Numbered from the stretch's first letter, positions 1 through 9,506 are shown. The stretch is 30,259 bases of DNA from Mycobacteriales bacterium (GCA_046713755.1 JBKKBU010000037.1:1-30259); one strand, 5' to 3'. Program-made: numbers and translations. The notes: generated from the letters alone by a model not told the origin.

Positions 1-166
1 CCACGCTCAGAGTGAGCGTGCCGAAGGACAGCCCGGAGCATCACTCCGGTGTCACTCGGATGTCACACACCTCGCCGATATCAGGCATGATTCAGGGTGT
101 CAGGCCGACACAGCCCGAAGAACTGCAAGGCCCTGACCTGCACAGATGCATCTCAGATGATGAGGT

Positions 167-567
167 GGGACGAGCTGGCCTGTAAGCCGGGTTCTGTTCC
201 CCTGCCGAGGCAGGAGCGACGATCATCCATCTAGGACCGCTGTTGCCAGCGGCCTCGTGCGGTCTACCCGCAGGCATCGGGCGGGCCGCCCTCGAGCGCC
301 TGCGCAGGAACCCCGAAAGGTTCCCTTTTGACCTTGCTCCGGGTGGGGTTTGCCGAGCCGCCCGGGTCACCCCGGGCGCTGGTGGGCTCTTGCCCCACCG
401 TTTCACCCTTACCGGTCCATGCCCGAAGGCTCGGACCGGCGGTCTGTTTTCTGTGGCACTTTCCCGCGGGTCACCCCGGGTCGCTGTTAACGACCACCCT
501 TGCCCTGTGGAGCCCGGACTTTCCTCGACAGCTGGTGGCTGCCGCGACCGTCCGGCCAACTCGTCCC
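167..567 (-). ncRNA. rnpB: RNase P RNA (bacterial class A)
   Basis: Minus strand begins GGGACGAGTTGGCC, contains GAGGAAAGTCCGGGCTCCACAGGGC and ends ACAGAACCCGGCTTACAGGCCAGCTCGTCCC. These are the universal P4 motifs, and the 5' and 3' ends pair as P1. Confidence 0.98.
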
Positions 568-573
568 AGGTCA

Positions 574-579
574 AGCGTA
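574..579 (-). promoter_or_regulatory. Putative -10 element (TACGCT) of rnpB
   Basis: TANNNT hexamer 6 nt upstream of the RNA 5' end at 567. Confidence 0.45.
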
Positions 580-637
580 CGACGACATCGCGCGCGCCTC
601 ATCGCCGTACTCCCCCTGTCCTGCCAGTCTCGCCGTC

Positions 638-1495
638 ATGGTGTCCCGTCGCTCGCTGCTGCTCGGCGGTGGCGCGGCTGTCGTGACCGCCACGGCTGTC
701 GGTCGGGACCGGCTGCCATACCGGGTGCGCGACACACTGGGACTCGCCGACGACCCTGTCGTCGCGCTGCCGACCGGGCCCACCGGTCCCCTGGTGAAGG
801 GCGCGCTGCCTGGGGGCGCGGGCTTCGGCATCAGCTACCCGCACGGCTCGACCGACAAGGACAGCCTGCCGGTATGCCTCGTCCTACACGGCAGGGGTGG
901 CGATCACACGGACGCCTTCGGCAGCCATGGTCTCGACCGATTCCTGGCCGAGGTCGTGCGCACGGGCACACCACCGTTCGTGCTGGCCGCCGTCGACGGC
1001 GGGCCCGACAGCTACTGGCATCGCAGGAGTGACGGGCGCGATCCCGAGGCCAACGTCACGCAGCTGCTCGCCGAGCTCCAGCGGCGCGGTCACCCGGTCA
1101 ACCGCGTCGCGATCAGCGGATGGTCGATGGGCGGGTACGGCGCGTTGCTCATGGCTGCTCGCCTCGGATCGTCGACGGTCACGGCGGTCGTCGCAGACAG
1201 CCCGGCGTTGTTCCGGCGCTACGCGGACGCACGACCCGGCGCCTTCGACGACGAGGCCGACTACCGCGCCCACGACGTGTTTGCAGCCACCGGTCCCCTG
1301 AGCAATCTGTCCGTGCGGTTGAGCTGTGGTCAGGATGACCCGTTCTTCACGCCCACCGCCCAGCTGGCGGCGGCGCTGCCCCGAGCCGAGGCGTCCTTCG
1401 GCCAAGGCAGCCACAACGTCGCCTTCTGGCGGTCCACGGGCGCGGCCGACCTCCGTTTCATCGGCCGAGCCCTGTCCAACCCGGCACCCCCGTAA
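638..1495 (+). CDS. Tat-exported alpha/beta hydrolase (esterase; Rv0774c/Rv0519c-like)
   Basis: ATG638 gives MVSRRSLLLGGG (twin-arginine signal). Nucleophile elbow GWSMGG, acid residue in GQDDPF, His in GSHN. CAGTCT 7 nt upstream suggests a leaderless mRNA. Confidence 0.85.
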   Translation: MVSRRSLLLGGGAAVVTATAVGRDRLPYRVRDTLGLADDPVVALPTGPTGPLVKGALPGGAGFGISYPHGSTDKDSLPVCLVLHGRGGDHTDAFGSHGLDRFLAEVVRTGTPPFVLAAVDGGPDSYWHRRSDGRDPEANVTQLLAELQRRGHPVNRVAISGWSMGGYGALLMAARLGSSTVTAVVADSPALFRRYADARPGAFDDEADYRAHDVFAATGPLSNLSVRLSCGQDDPFFTPTAQLAAALPRAEASFGQGSHNVAFWRSTGAADLRFIGRALSNPAPP

Positions 1496-1558
1496 CGTCC
1501 GCTCGAGCACCGCACAAGTGGTTCCCGCTCGGGCGGACGTTGTGGGGGCGAGGGGCTG

Positions 1559-2716
1559 CTACGGCAGGGCCGTGAGGTGGGCCGTGTCGTTGAGGGAGCG
1601 CACCACGGCCGGCCCATCGGCAAACCACTGCACCTGCGACAGGCAGGCCAGGTCGAGGTGCATGCGGTAGAGCGCCGACGGCGGTGCGTCCAGGGCCAAC
1701 CGCAACATCGTCTTGATGGGTGTCACGTGCGACACGACCACGACCGTCCGGCCGGGGTGGTTGCGGATGACCCGGTCGCGCGCCTGCCGCACCCGCGTGG
1801 CCGTCGCGTCAAAGGACTCGCCGTACGGCGGCGCCGTCGCAGTGTCCGCCAGCCAGGCGTCCAGCTCGCGAGGCCACTGCTTCTTGACCTCCGAGAAGCT
1901 GTAGCCCTCCCAGTCGCCGAAATCGGTCTCTCTGAAGCCGTCGTCGAAGACCAGCTCGAGGCCGGTTGCAGCGGCCACCGCCTCGGCGGTCTGCCGGGCC
2001 CGGCGCACCGGCGAGGACACGATGACGTCGGCGCCCGATCCCCTCAGCCGTTCGGCCGCGGCCGCAGCCTGCGCCAGCCCGACCTCGGTGAGCTCCTGGT
2101 CACCCACCCCAGAGAAGCGCTTCTCGATCGACAGCACCGTCTGACCGTGGCGCAGCAGCAGCGTGGTCGTCGGTGGAGCCGTCGCCTCCTGCCACCCCGA
2201 AAGCCGGTTCGGCACCGGCGCGACCGGGGCGACATCGTGCTCGGCGAGCCAGGCCGCCGCAGCGTCATCGGGCTGCGATCCGCCGCCGGGCTGCCACACC
2301 TCGCCACGAGCCGCGGCGTCCATCGCCGCGTTGGCGAGCGCGTCGGCGTCCTTGTTCTTCTCCCGCGGGATCCACGAGAAGCGGACCCGCGGTAGCTGCC
2401 GCACCAGCTCGGCCGCCTCGCGGGCAAGTGGCTTCATCGACGGGTGCTTGACCTGCCAGCGCCCAGACATCTGCTCGACGACGAGCTTGGAGTCCATCCG
2501 GACATCGACGTCGTCGGCGCCCAGGTCGAGCGCAGCCTGCAGGCCGGCGATCAGTCCGCCGTACTCCGCCACGTTGTTGGTCGCCACCCCGATCGCGGCG
2601 GCCCGCTCGGCGATCACCTCACCCGTCACGCCGTCCTTCACCACCGCGCCATAACCGGCCGGCCCGGGGTTGCCGCGCGAACCGCCGTCTGCCTCGACGA
2701 CGACGCGCAAGCTCAC
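1559..2716 (-). CDS. Bifunctional RNase HI / histidine (acid) phosphatase (Rv2228c-like)
   Basis: N-terminal EADGGSRGNPGPAGYG...TNNVAEYGGL...DSKLVVEQMSG..DALAN (RNase HI). C-terminal LLRHGQT...SHVTPIK (phosphatase RHG motif). GTG start overlaps the upstream TGA. Confidence 0.95.
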   Translation of the reverse strand: MSLRVVVEADGGSRGNPGPAGYGAVVKDGVTGEVIAERAAAIGVATNNVAEYGGLIAGLQAALDLGADDVDVRMDSKLVVEQMSGRWQVKHPSMKPLAREAAELVRQLPRVRFSWIPREKNKDADALANAAMDAAARGEVWQPGGGSQPDDAAAAWLAEHDVAPVAPVPNRLSGWQEATAPPTTTLLLRHGQTVLSIEKRFSGVGDQELTEVGLAQAAAAAERLRGSGADVIVSSPVRRARQTAEAVAAATGLELVFDDGFRETDFGDWEGYSFSEVKKQWPRELDAWLADTATAPPYGESFDATATRVRQARDRVIRNHPGRTVVVVSHVTPIKTMLRLALDAPPSALYRMHLDLACLSQVQWFADGPAVVRSLNDTAHLTALP

Positions 2717-3456
2717 AGACCCGACTCCGCGGTTCGCACCATGATCCGGCCGCACTCCTCGTGGCGCAGCAGGTCATCAGGAGCGGCCGCTCGGATAGCT
2801 GCCTTCTCGTTGCCCATCAGGTCCAGCCGGCAGCCGCTGCACTGCCCCCGACCGATGGCGCCGGCACCGACACCGCCTTCGGCAGCGCGAATCTTCTCGT
2901 AGAGAGCAAGCAGATCTGCCGGGAAGGTGGCAGCCATCTCGGAGCGCTCCCCCGTCAGCTTCTCGATCTCCGCGTCGATGTCCACGAAGGCCTGGTCGCG
3001 CGCCGCCTCGGCCTCGGACCGCTTGCTGAGGTGCTCCGCCCGCGCCGTGGTCAGCTCGTCGAGGGTGGCCTGCGCGGTCTCGGCCCGCTCCATGACCTCA
3101 AGCTCGCCGTCCTCGAGATCGGACTGGCGCCGGACCAGGGTCGCGACCTCGTGCTCCAGCTCCTGAAGCTGCTTGGGGCTGGTGATGGCGCCGGAGGACA
3201 GCCGCTCCTCGTCGCGGGCCTTGCGGGTGCGGACGGTCTCGATCTCGTCCTCGAACTTCTTGGTGTCGCGGGCCAGGTCGGCAACGTCAGTCTCGGCCCG
3301 GACGAGATCGTCCCGCAGGGCGTCGACGAGGCCTTCTAGGCGGGCCATCTCCGCGATCTCGGGCAGCGTCTTGCGGCGGTGCCGCAGTCGGTCGAGGGCG
3401 CTGTCGAGCGCCTGCAGGTCGAGCAGTCGCAGCTGGACGAACGGGTCGGCCTTCAC
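2713..3456 (-). CDS. Coiled-coil protein with C-terminal C4-type zinc ribbon (DUF164, Rv2229c-like)
   Basis: Long coiled coil, then LYEKIR..GGVGAG..CSGCRLDL..RHEECGRIMVR; conserved operon position between Nif3 and RNase HI. Confidence 0.92.
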   Translation of the reverse strand: MKADPFVQLRLLDLQALDSALDRLRHRRKTLPEIAEMARLEGLVDALRDDLVRAETDVADLARDTKKFEDEIETVRTRKARDEERLSSGAITSPKQLQELEHEVATLVRRQSDLEDGELEVMERAETAQATLDELTTARAEHLSKRSEAEAARDQAFVDIDAEIEKLTGERSEMAATFPADLLALYEKIRAAEGGVGAGAIGRGQCSGCRLDLMGNEKAAIRAAAPDDLLRHEECGRIMVRTAESGL

Positions 3457-4568
3457 GGCTGCGGGCTCCTTGTGTGCCAGGGGTCGGTGCCGAGGGTCGA
3501 CACCGTGGTGCTCACGTTAGCGGCGGCCGACAGCCGGGCTGCAGCGTCGGCCAACCACGGCCACTCCGTCGCCCAGTGCGCGACGTCCAGCAATGCCAAC
3601 CCCTCAGGAGCCTCGCTGGCCGGGTGGTGCCGCAGGTCGGCCGTGAGGAACGCCTGCGCGCCCGACCGACCGGCCTGAGCCAGCAGCGAGTCGCCGGAAC
3701 CACCGCACACCGCAAGGGTGCGTACGACGGAGCCGTCGCCGCCCCCAGCGCGGATGCCCCCGGCGGTGCTCGGCAGACGCCGCGCGGCGTGGTCCGCGAG
3801 CTCCTGAAGCGACATCGGCTCGGGGAGCTCGCCGACCCGACCAAGGCCACGGCTACCGGGCAGGGCAGCGAGCTCCAGGACGTCGTACGCCGGTTCCTCG
3901 TAGGGGTGCGCGGCCAGCAGCGCCCGGACCACCGCAGCGCGGCGGCCGCGCGGTAGCACCAGCTCCAGTCGGGTCTCCTCGACCTCGGTCACCTCGCCGA
4001 CCGATCCGATCGCCGGGGTGGCTCCGAGCAGGGGCCGGAAGGTGCCGGTGCCCGTCGTCATCCAGGCGCACCGGTCGTAGTCACCGACCGCGCCCGCACC
4101 CGCCGCCGCGAGGGCGTCGAGCAGCGCGACGGCGTTGGCCGCGGGGACGAACACCACGATCTTGTCGAGCGGTTCTTCAGGCAGCGCCTGCAGCGGCCGG
4201 ACGTCCCGCAGCCCGAGCGCCTCGGCCAGTGCGTCGGACACCCCGGGATCCGCGACATCGGCGTTGGTGTGGGCGACAAAAAGTGCACAGCCACCCGCGA
4301 TGAGCTGATGAATGACCTTGCCCTTCGGGGTCGTGGCCGCGACCGACGTGGTGCCGCGCAGGTAGAGCGGGTGATGCGTCAGCAGCAGGTCGTAACCACC
4401 GTCGAGAGCCTCCGCGACGGTGGCAGCCACGGGGTCGACGGCCAGCAGCACCCGGCGTACGTCGGCGTCTGGGTCTCCGCAGACCAACCCGACGGCATCC
4501 CAGGCCTCGGCCCAGTGCGGCGGGTAGAGGTCATCGAGCGCGGCGACGACGTCGGCGAGGCGAGGCAC
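3453..4568 (-). CDS. Nif3-like dinuclear metal-centre protein with PII-like insertion
   Basis: WDAVGL, THHPL, HTNAD, KIVVFVP..HPYEEPAYD, TADLRHH and AHWATEWP motifs. Confidence 0.95.
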   Translation of the reverse strand: MPRLADVVAALDDLYPPHWAEAWDAVGLVCGDPDADVRRVLLAVDPVAATVAEALDGGYDLLLTHHPLYLRGTTSVAATTPKGKVIHQLIAGGCALFVAHTNADVADPGVSDALAEALGLRDVRPLQALPEEPLDKIVVFVPAANAVALLDALAAAGAGAVGDYDRCAWMTTGTGTFRPLLGATPAIGSVGEVTEVEETRLELVLPRGRRAAVVRALLAAHPYEEPAYDVLELAALPGSRGLGRVGELPEPMSLQELADHAARRLPSTAGGIRAGGGDGSVVRTLAVCGGSGDSLLAQAGRSGAQAFLTADLRHHPASEAPEGLALLDVAHWATEWPWLADAAARLSAAANVSTTVSTLGTDPWHTRSPQP

Positions 4569-4578
4569 GTGCCGGAGA

Positions 4579-5139
4579 CTAGCTATCGACCCTCAGAACC
4601 GGTGGTGGCACGGGTGGCGGCTGGAGGTGCACGACCACCTCCAACGTGCCGGGATGGACGAGCAGCCGCGAGACGATGGTGCCAGCGCGCTCCAGCAGGT
4701 GCACCGACGCAACGTTGTCGGCGAGGACGGTGGCGGTGAAGAAGTGGACTCCCCTGTCCAGCGCCGCAGCGACGAGCCCGTCGCACAAGGCGCTCCCGGC
4801 CCCGATGCCGTGGCGGTCGTCGGCGACCGTGAAGGCGACCTCCGCCCGATCCGGGGCCAGCGGGTCCCGCACGAATCGGCCTACGCCGATGTCCTCGCTC
4901 TCGCCATCAGCCTGGGTCCTCACCAGCAACCGGGCGACGTGATCCACGTCGTCGACGCGGTCCACCAACGTGTCGAGCATCGCGGAGCTGAGCCGGGGCA
5001 CGGCAGACAGGAAGCGGGCATACCGTGACTCCGCCGACAGCTCCAGGAACGCGAGCCGCAGTCCCTCACGGTCCTCGTGCTGAAGCCGTCGCAGCTCGAC
5101 AGCGCTGCCATCACGCAGCAGTCGCGAGCCGGCGGTCAC
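4579..5139 (-). CDS. GNAT acetyltransferase (Pat/Rv0998-type GNAT domain, stand-alone)
   Basis: LSAESRYARFLS, VDDVDHVA, GVGRFVRD..AEVAFTVADDRHGIGAG and LADN motifs. Confidence 0.85.
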   Translation of the reverse strand: MTAGSRLLRDGSAVELRRLQHEDREGLRLAFLELSAESRYARFLSAVPRLSSAMLDTLVDRVDDVDHVARLLVRTQADGESEDIGVGRFVRDPLAPDRAEVAFTVADDRHGIGAGSALCDGLVAAALDRGVHFFTATVLADNVASVHLLERAGTIVSRLLVHPGTLEVVVHLQPPPVPPPVLRVDS

Positions 5140-5167
5140 AACGACAGCCTCCCGCAGCCGCCACGGG

Positions 5168-5449
5168 CTACGCGCCTGCGGTGTCGTCCACGCCCGCCCG
5201 GATCCCCTGCGAGACCTTGCCGAGCATCTCGTCCGCCGTGAGGCCGAAAGCTCCGGCTGCGATGTCGAGGAGCACGGCGCCCAAGGCGATGAGCGATTGC
5301 GTCATCGCCTCGGGGTCGTCCCTGGCAGCTGTCATCAGCGCGCTGTAAGCCCCGTCCTCGCGGCGCACATAGGCGGTCATGAGGTCGACCACGTTCGCGA
5401 ACGCCGCCGGCTCGGGGACGTACTCCACCTGATCCAGTGATCGCTCCAC
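5168..5449 (-). CDS. Small helical hypothetical protein (93 aa)
   Basis: GC3-rich codons. GTG5449 lies 7 nt after a TAGGTT -10 hexamer (leaderless); alternative start GTG5428. Confidence 0.65.
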   Translation of the reverse strand: MERSLDQVEYVPEPAAFANVVDLMTAYVRREDGAYSALMTAARDDPEAMTQSLIALGAVLLDIAAGAFGLTADEMLGKVSQGIRAGVDDTAGA

Positions 5450-5603
5450 GCGGCGCAACCTAACCGAAAAGCCCTCTTGTCGTATGGCGCTGAGGTAGGT
5501 GTCGTGTTACCAGAAGGTGACTCTGCCCACATCTGTCCCGCCACAGATCGAGGCATGTCGGCATCGACCTGACGTCGCTCGGCCAGCAGCCGAGACTTCG
5601 GGC

Positions 5604-6254
5604 GTGCGCCGCTCCACCGTGCTCGCCGCCCTGCTGCTGCTGGGCCTGCTCGGCGTGCCAGCCGCCAGCCCAGAGCGGGCCATCGCAGCCGCTCCCGTCC
5701 GCGCCTTGCTGATCGGCGACAGCATCCTCGAGGGCATCGGCACCAAGCCGCGCCGACCGGTGATGGCCCGGGTCGTTGCCCGCCGGCTCGGCTGGTCGGT
5801 CACCATCGACGGCATCGGTGGCACCGGCTACGTCAACACCGGGCGAGCCATGGGCAACACCTACGGGGAGCGGTTGGAGCGAGCCCAGCTCTCGTCGTAC
5901 GACGTGGTCGTCATCGAGGGGGGGCACAACGACTGGCGGGCTGACCCGACCTTGGTCGCGGACCGGGTGCGAGCAGTGGTGGCGCTGGTGCGGGACCGCG
6001 CGCCGCGAGTCCAGCTGGTCCTCATCGGGGCTTACGACCCGCCGGGCGTCAGGCTGCGCGGACCCGTGGACGCCCTCATCGCCGCGATCGCGCTCGAGCA
6101 GCAGATCCCCTTCGCGTCACCGATCTCCGGGGCGTGGGCTGAGGGGCTGCCCCGGCGGTTCCTCTCGGGCGACAGATTGCACCCCAGCGCATGGGGTTAC
6201 GGGGTGCTGGGCGAGCGGTTGGCCGCTGACCTCGCCCGGCTCACTTCCAGCTGA
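5604..6254 (+). CDS. Secreted SGNH/GDSL hydrolase
   Basis: Signal-like VRRSTVLAALLLLGLLG; blocks GDSI, GGTGY, EGGHND and DRLHP. Confidence 0.9.
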   Translation: MRRSTVLAALLLLGLLGVPAASPERAIAAAPVRALLIGDSILEGIGTKPRRPVMARVVARRLGWSVTIDGIGGTGYVNTGRAMGNTYGERLERAQLSSYDVVVIEGGHNDWRADPTLVADRVRAVVALVRDRAPRVQLVLIGAYDPPGVRLRGPVDALIAAIALEQQIPFASPISGAWAEGLPRRFLSGDRLHPSAWGYGVLGERLAADLARLTSS

Positions 6255-8229
6255 GCGAGCCGGTCCGCTGCAGGTCGCCCGCGTCGCCGGTCGCGATCCC
6301 GGTCTGGTTGACCGCGTAGACGTGCTCGGCGTCGTGGAGCACCCGCTCCGCCTGGAAGCCGGACGCCAGGTCGAGCCGGCCCGCCTCCGACAGCTGCCCG
6401 TCCGCACCGACCCGCACCCCGAGAGCGAAGCCGCCGCCGCGATAGTTGCTGAACGGCAGCAGCGCATGTCGCCGGGCGGGGTCGTAGCCGAAGGCGCGGG
6501 AGTCGTCGAGCGCAGGGCTCCACCCCTGGCCGAGGCTGAGCCGATCGATCTGCTTGGGCTCGGCCCGGTTGCGCAGGTCGAAGGTCGACAGCTGCATGCC
6601 GGTCGTTCGACCGGTCTTCTCGTCAGCGTCCATCCCGACGCCGAGCAGCAGGCCGTCACCGATCGGGTGCAGGTAGGTGGAGAAGCCAGGGATCTTGAGC
6701 TCCCCGACGATCCGCGGATCCTCGGCGTCGGCAAGGTCGAGGACGTAGAGCGGGTCGGTCTGTCGGAAGGTGACAACCGTCGCCATGGTGCCGAAGTAGC
6801 GCACCGCCTGGATCCGCTCACCCTTGCCCATGCCGCTGACCTTGCCCACCGTGACGAGCTCGCCGGCCGACTCCGCGAGGACGTGCAGTGACGAGATCGA
6901 CTGCTCGGCGCCCTGCCACGGCGGGGAGCTGGTCACCGCTACCCGTAGCCGACCCTCGTGCTCCGACAGCGCCCAGCGGCCCATGATGTAGCCGGGCACG
7001 CTGCCGGTCCCGACGTAGCGGGTGTCGTCGGTGGTGGTGTTGAAGGCGTGCAGTTCTGTGGTGACCTGCTCCGCGTCGGGTCGGGGTGCGCTACTGCCGA
7101 TCTCCGGGTTGGTCGGCTGCTGGGTGCCCCACCTGCTGGTGGCGATGTAAAGGCGCCCCTGGCTGGCGTAGACGAGCTGGCCGTCGGTCGTGACCGCCTC
7201 GCTGTCGAGCGCGACCAGATCCCGCGATGGGTCGAGGGTCGTGACGAGCAGGGTGCTAGCCCCTCGCGGGTCCTCCGCGCGACTCACCTCGTCGCAGCCC
7301 ACCGCCCGGCTGTCCGAGCGCACCCGACCGTCACGGCCGGTGTGCACCGCCCTCGGGAGCACCTCCAGCAAGGAGATCTCCTCAGCGGTCCGCTGGTTGG
7401 CGCGCAGCGACTTCTTCTGATCCGCCGGGGTCTGCTGGCCGGTCGGGTAGGTGGCCTCGAGCCGCGGGGTGGAGCTGGTGACGAGTCGGACTCTGCCGTC
7501 TGCCAGCCGGGCGGACAGGTAGGTCCCCTCGAGCTGCAGCCGTTCCAGCACGACCGGCTTCTCCGGCGTGGCGAGGTCGACCAGGACCGCCGTGGTCAGA
7601 GGATCGCCGCCGCCGTAGTAGCCATAACGGCTGTCCGCGGACCCCGGGTTGTTGCGCCAGCTGCTGATCAACACGACCGCGCGATCACCCGACAGCAGCA
7701 GCTCGCCGCCATAGCCCTGATCGGTGTCGGTCACGGCCGTCGTGGACAGCAGCTCGGGCTCGGCGCCGGAGCGCAGCACGCGCAGCCGGCCCTGGGCGAA
7801 GGTGACGATCAGGCCGTCGGCGAGCTTGGTGGTGTCCGGTTCGTCGACACCCTGCTCCTGCAGGTTGGTGCCGGACTTCCCGGATCCGACCGCATCGAGG
7901 CCACCGCCGGTGGCGCCGGTGGTGCCCCCGCCGGTCGTACCCCCACTGAGGGCGCCCCCGGCGTCCCTGGTGACTGGGGCGGCCGCCGGCACCGGCACCG
8001 CACCGGTGGCGAACTCCAGCCGGCCGTAGCCCTGCTGGCCGAAACCCCACGGCGTGGCGCTCTTGCGCAGCTCGGCGCGGTAGTGCGACAGGAGGGCGTC
8101 ACAACTGGCGTAGGGGATCAGTCCCGCGGCAGCCGCCGGCGGGGTCGCTCCGGGGAGGAGCAGCACCACCCCCGCGGTGGCCGATCCGACAACGCCCAGG
8201 CTGACGAGGGTCCTACCGAGTGCTCGCAT
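6241..8229 (-). CDS. Secreted protein with C-terminal beta-propeller domain (Beta_propel family)
   Basis: Signal peptide MRALGRTLVSLGVV; GTNLQEQGVDEPDTTK, GKGERIQAVRYFG, TFRQTDPLYVLDL and ELKIPGFSTYLHP motifs. Confidence 0.9.
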   Translation of the reverse strand: MRALGRTLVSLGVVGSATAGVVLLLPGATPPAAAAGLIPYASCDALLSHYRAELRKSATPWGFGQQGYGRLEFATGAVPVPAAAPVTRDAGGALSGGTTGGGTTGATGGGLDAVGSGKSGTNLQEQGVDEPDTTKLADGLIVTFAQGRLRVLRSGAEPELLSTTAVTDTDQGYGGELLLSGDRAVVLISSWRNNPGSADSRYGYYGGGDPLTTAVLVDLATPEKPVVLERLQLEGTYLSARLADGRVRLVTSSTPRLEATYPTGQQTPADQKKSLRANQRTAEEISLLEVLPRAVHTGRDGRVRSDSRAVGCDEVSRAEDPRGASTLLVTTLDPSRDLVALDSEAVTTDGQLVYASQGRLYIATSRWGTQQPTNPEIGSSAPRPDAEQVTTELHAFNTTTDDTRYVGTGSVPGYIMGRWALSEHEGRLRVAVTSSPPWQGAEQSISSLHVLAESAGELVTVGKVSGMGKGERIQAVRYFGTMATVVTFRQTDPLYVLDLADAEDPRIVGELKIPGFSTYLHPIGDGLLLGVGMDADEKTGRTTGMQLSTFDLRNRAEPKQIDRLSLGQGWSPALDDSRAFGYDPARRHALLPFSNYRGGGFALGVRVGADGQLSEAGRLDLASGFQAERVLHDAEHVYAVNQTGIATGDAGDLQRTGSLSWK

Positions 8230-8237
8230 GGTGCTAG

Positions 8238-8263
8238 GACGCAGCCTGGGGCGAATCGGTTGC
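8238..8263 (-). promoter_or_regulatory. ECF-type promoter GCAACC-N16-CGTC for the beta-propeller gene
   Basis: Exact 16-nt spacer; the -10 ends 8 nt before ATG8229. Confidence 0.55.
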
Positions 8264-8351
8264 TTCCCCCGTGCCCAAGTTCCCCGCCATCGTGCGGCCC
8301 ACCGGCAAGGATGGCCAGGCTCCGTCGAGCCAGCTGGGAGGCCGCACTCGC

Positions 8352-9506
8352 ATGACCGTCGCATCGGACCAGCCGCTGACCGTAGGCGTCCTGCGGGAGC
8401 AGGCCCGCGACGAGCTGCGCGTCGGCCTCACCCCCGACAGCACCGCCCGGCTGCTGCTCGCCGGGCACCGGGTGTTCGTCGAGCAGGGCGCGGGTCAGCA
8501 GGCCTGGTTCTCCGACGACGACTACGCCGAAGCCGGGGCGACCGTCGCCCCCTGCGCCACCGTGCTGGACGCCAGCGACGTCGTCGTGTGCCTGCACCCG
8601 TCGGCGATCCTGCACGCGCTGAGCCCGAAGCACATCGTCGTGGGCCTGCTCCAGCCGCTGCTCGATCCCCTGTTGATGCAGCGCATGGCCGACGCCGGCG
8701 TGACGGCGCTGAGCTTCGACATGCTCCCTCGCACCGTCAGCCGGGCCCAGTCCATGGACGCCCTGACCTCACAAGCCAGCGTCGCCGGCTACAAGGCAGC
8801 CCTCGTTGCCGCCGATGCCTACGGCGGGTTCTTCCCCATGCTCACGACCGCAGCCGGTACGACGAAACCCGCCACCGTGCTGGTGCTCGGAGCCGGCGTC
8901 GCCGGGCTGCAGGCCATCGCCACGACCCGGCGGCTCGGCGCAGTGGTCAGCGCCTTCGACGTGCGCGACAGCGCCCAGTCCGACATCCGGTCGCTCGGGG
9001 CGAGCGTGCTCGATGTCGGCGTGACCGTCGAGAGCCACGGCGGCTACGCCCGGGAGCTGGTAGCCGACGAACAAGCCGAGCTGACCGCCCGGGTGGCCGA
9101 CGCGATCGGGCGCTTCGACGTCGTCATCACCACCGCGCAGGTCCCCGGTCGCCCACCGCCGCTGCTCGTGCCGGCCAGCGCACTCTCGAGAATGCGTCCG
9201 GGCTCCGTCGTCGTGGATGGCGCGGCGAGCGACTTCGGCGGCAACGTCGAGGGGTCGGAGAACGGCCAGACGATCATCACGCCGGGCGGCGTCACCATCA
9301 TCGGCGCCGGCAACCTGGCGGCACACGTCCCTCGGGCGGCTTCCACCTCCTACGCCCGCAACGTCGCCGCCCTGGTCGCCTACTTCACCAAAGACGGCGG
9401 CTTCGCGATCGACCTCGAGGACGAGGTGCAAGCCGGCCTGGTCATCACGCACGCCGGCCGGGTCGTGCACCCGGCCGTCCGCGCTCTCCTGGAAGGGAAC
9501 CCATGA
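8352..9506 (+). CDS. pntAa: NAD(P) transhydrogenase subunit alpha, part 1 (dI)
   Basis: RTVSRAQSMDALTSQASVAGYKA, VLVLGAGVAGLQAI and VITTAQVPGRPPP motifs; GGAGG RBS. Confidence 0.95.
   Translation: MTVASDQPLTVGVLREQARDELRVGLTPDSTARLLLAGHRVFVEQGAGQQAWFSDDDYAEAGATVAPCATVLDASDVVVCLHPSAILHALSPKHIVVGLLQPLLDPLLMQRMADAGVTALSFDMLPRTVSRAQSMDALTSQASVAGYKAALVAADAYGGFFPMLTTAAGTTKPATVLVLGAGVAGLQAIATTRRLGAVVSAFDVRDSAQSDIRSLGASVLDVGVTVESHGGYARELVADEQAELTARVADAIGRFDVVITTAQVPGRPPPLLVPASALSRMRPGSVVVDGAASDFGGNVEGSENGQTIITPGGVTIIGAGNLAAHVPRAASTSYARNVAALVAYFTKDGGFAIDLEDEVQAGLVITHAGRVVHPAVRALLEGNP

Noticed and set aside
92-574. 160-aa ORF (and the + strand ORFs 243-686 and 328-1032) over the left end
   Set aside because: They overlap the RNase P RNA and are not protein-like.
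5456-5485. GCAACC-N17-TGTC as an ECF promoter for the SGNH gene
   Set aside because: The spacer differs from the N16 seen elsewhere, and the same bases are better explained as the minus-strand -10 (TAGGTT) of the 5449 gene.
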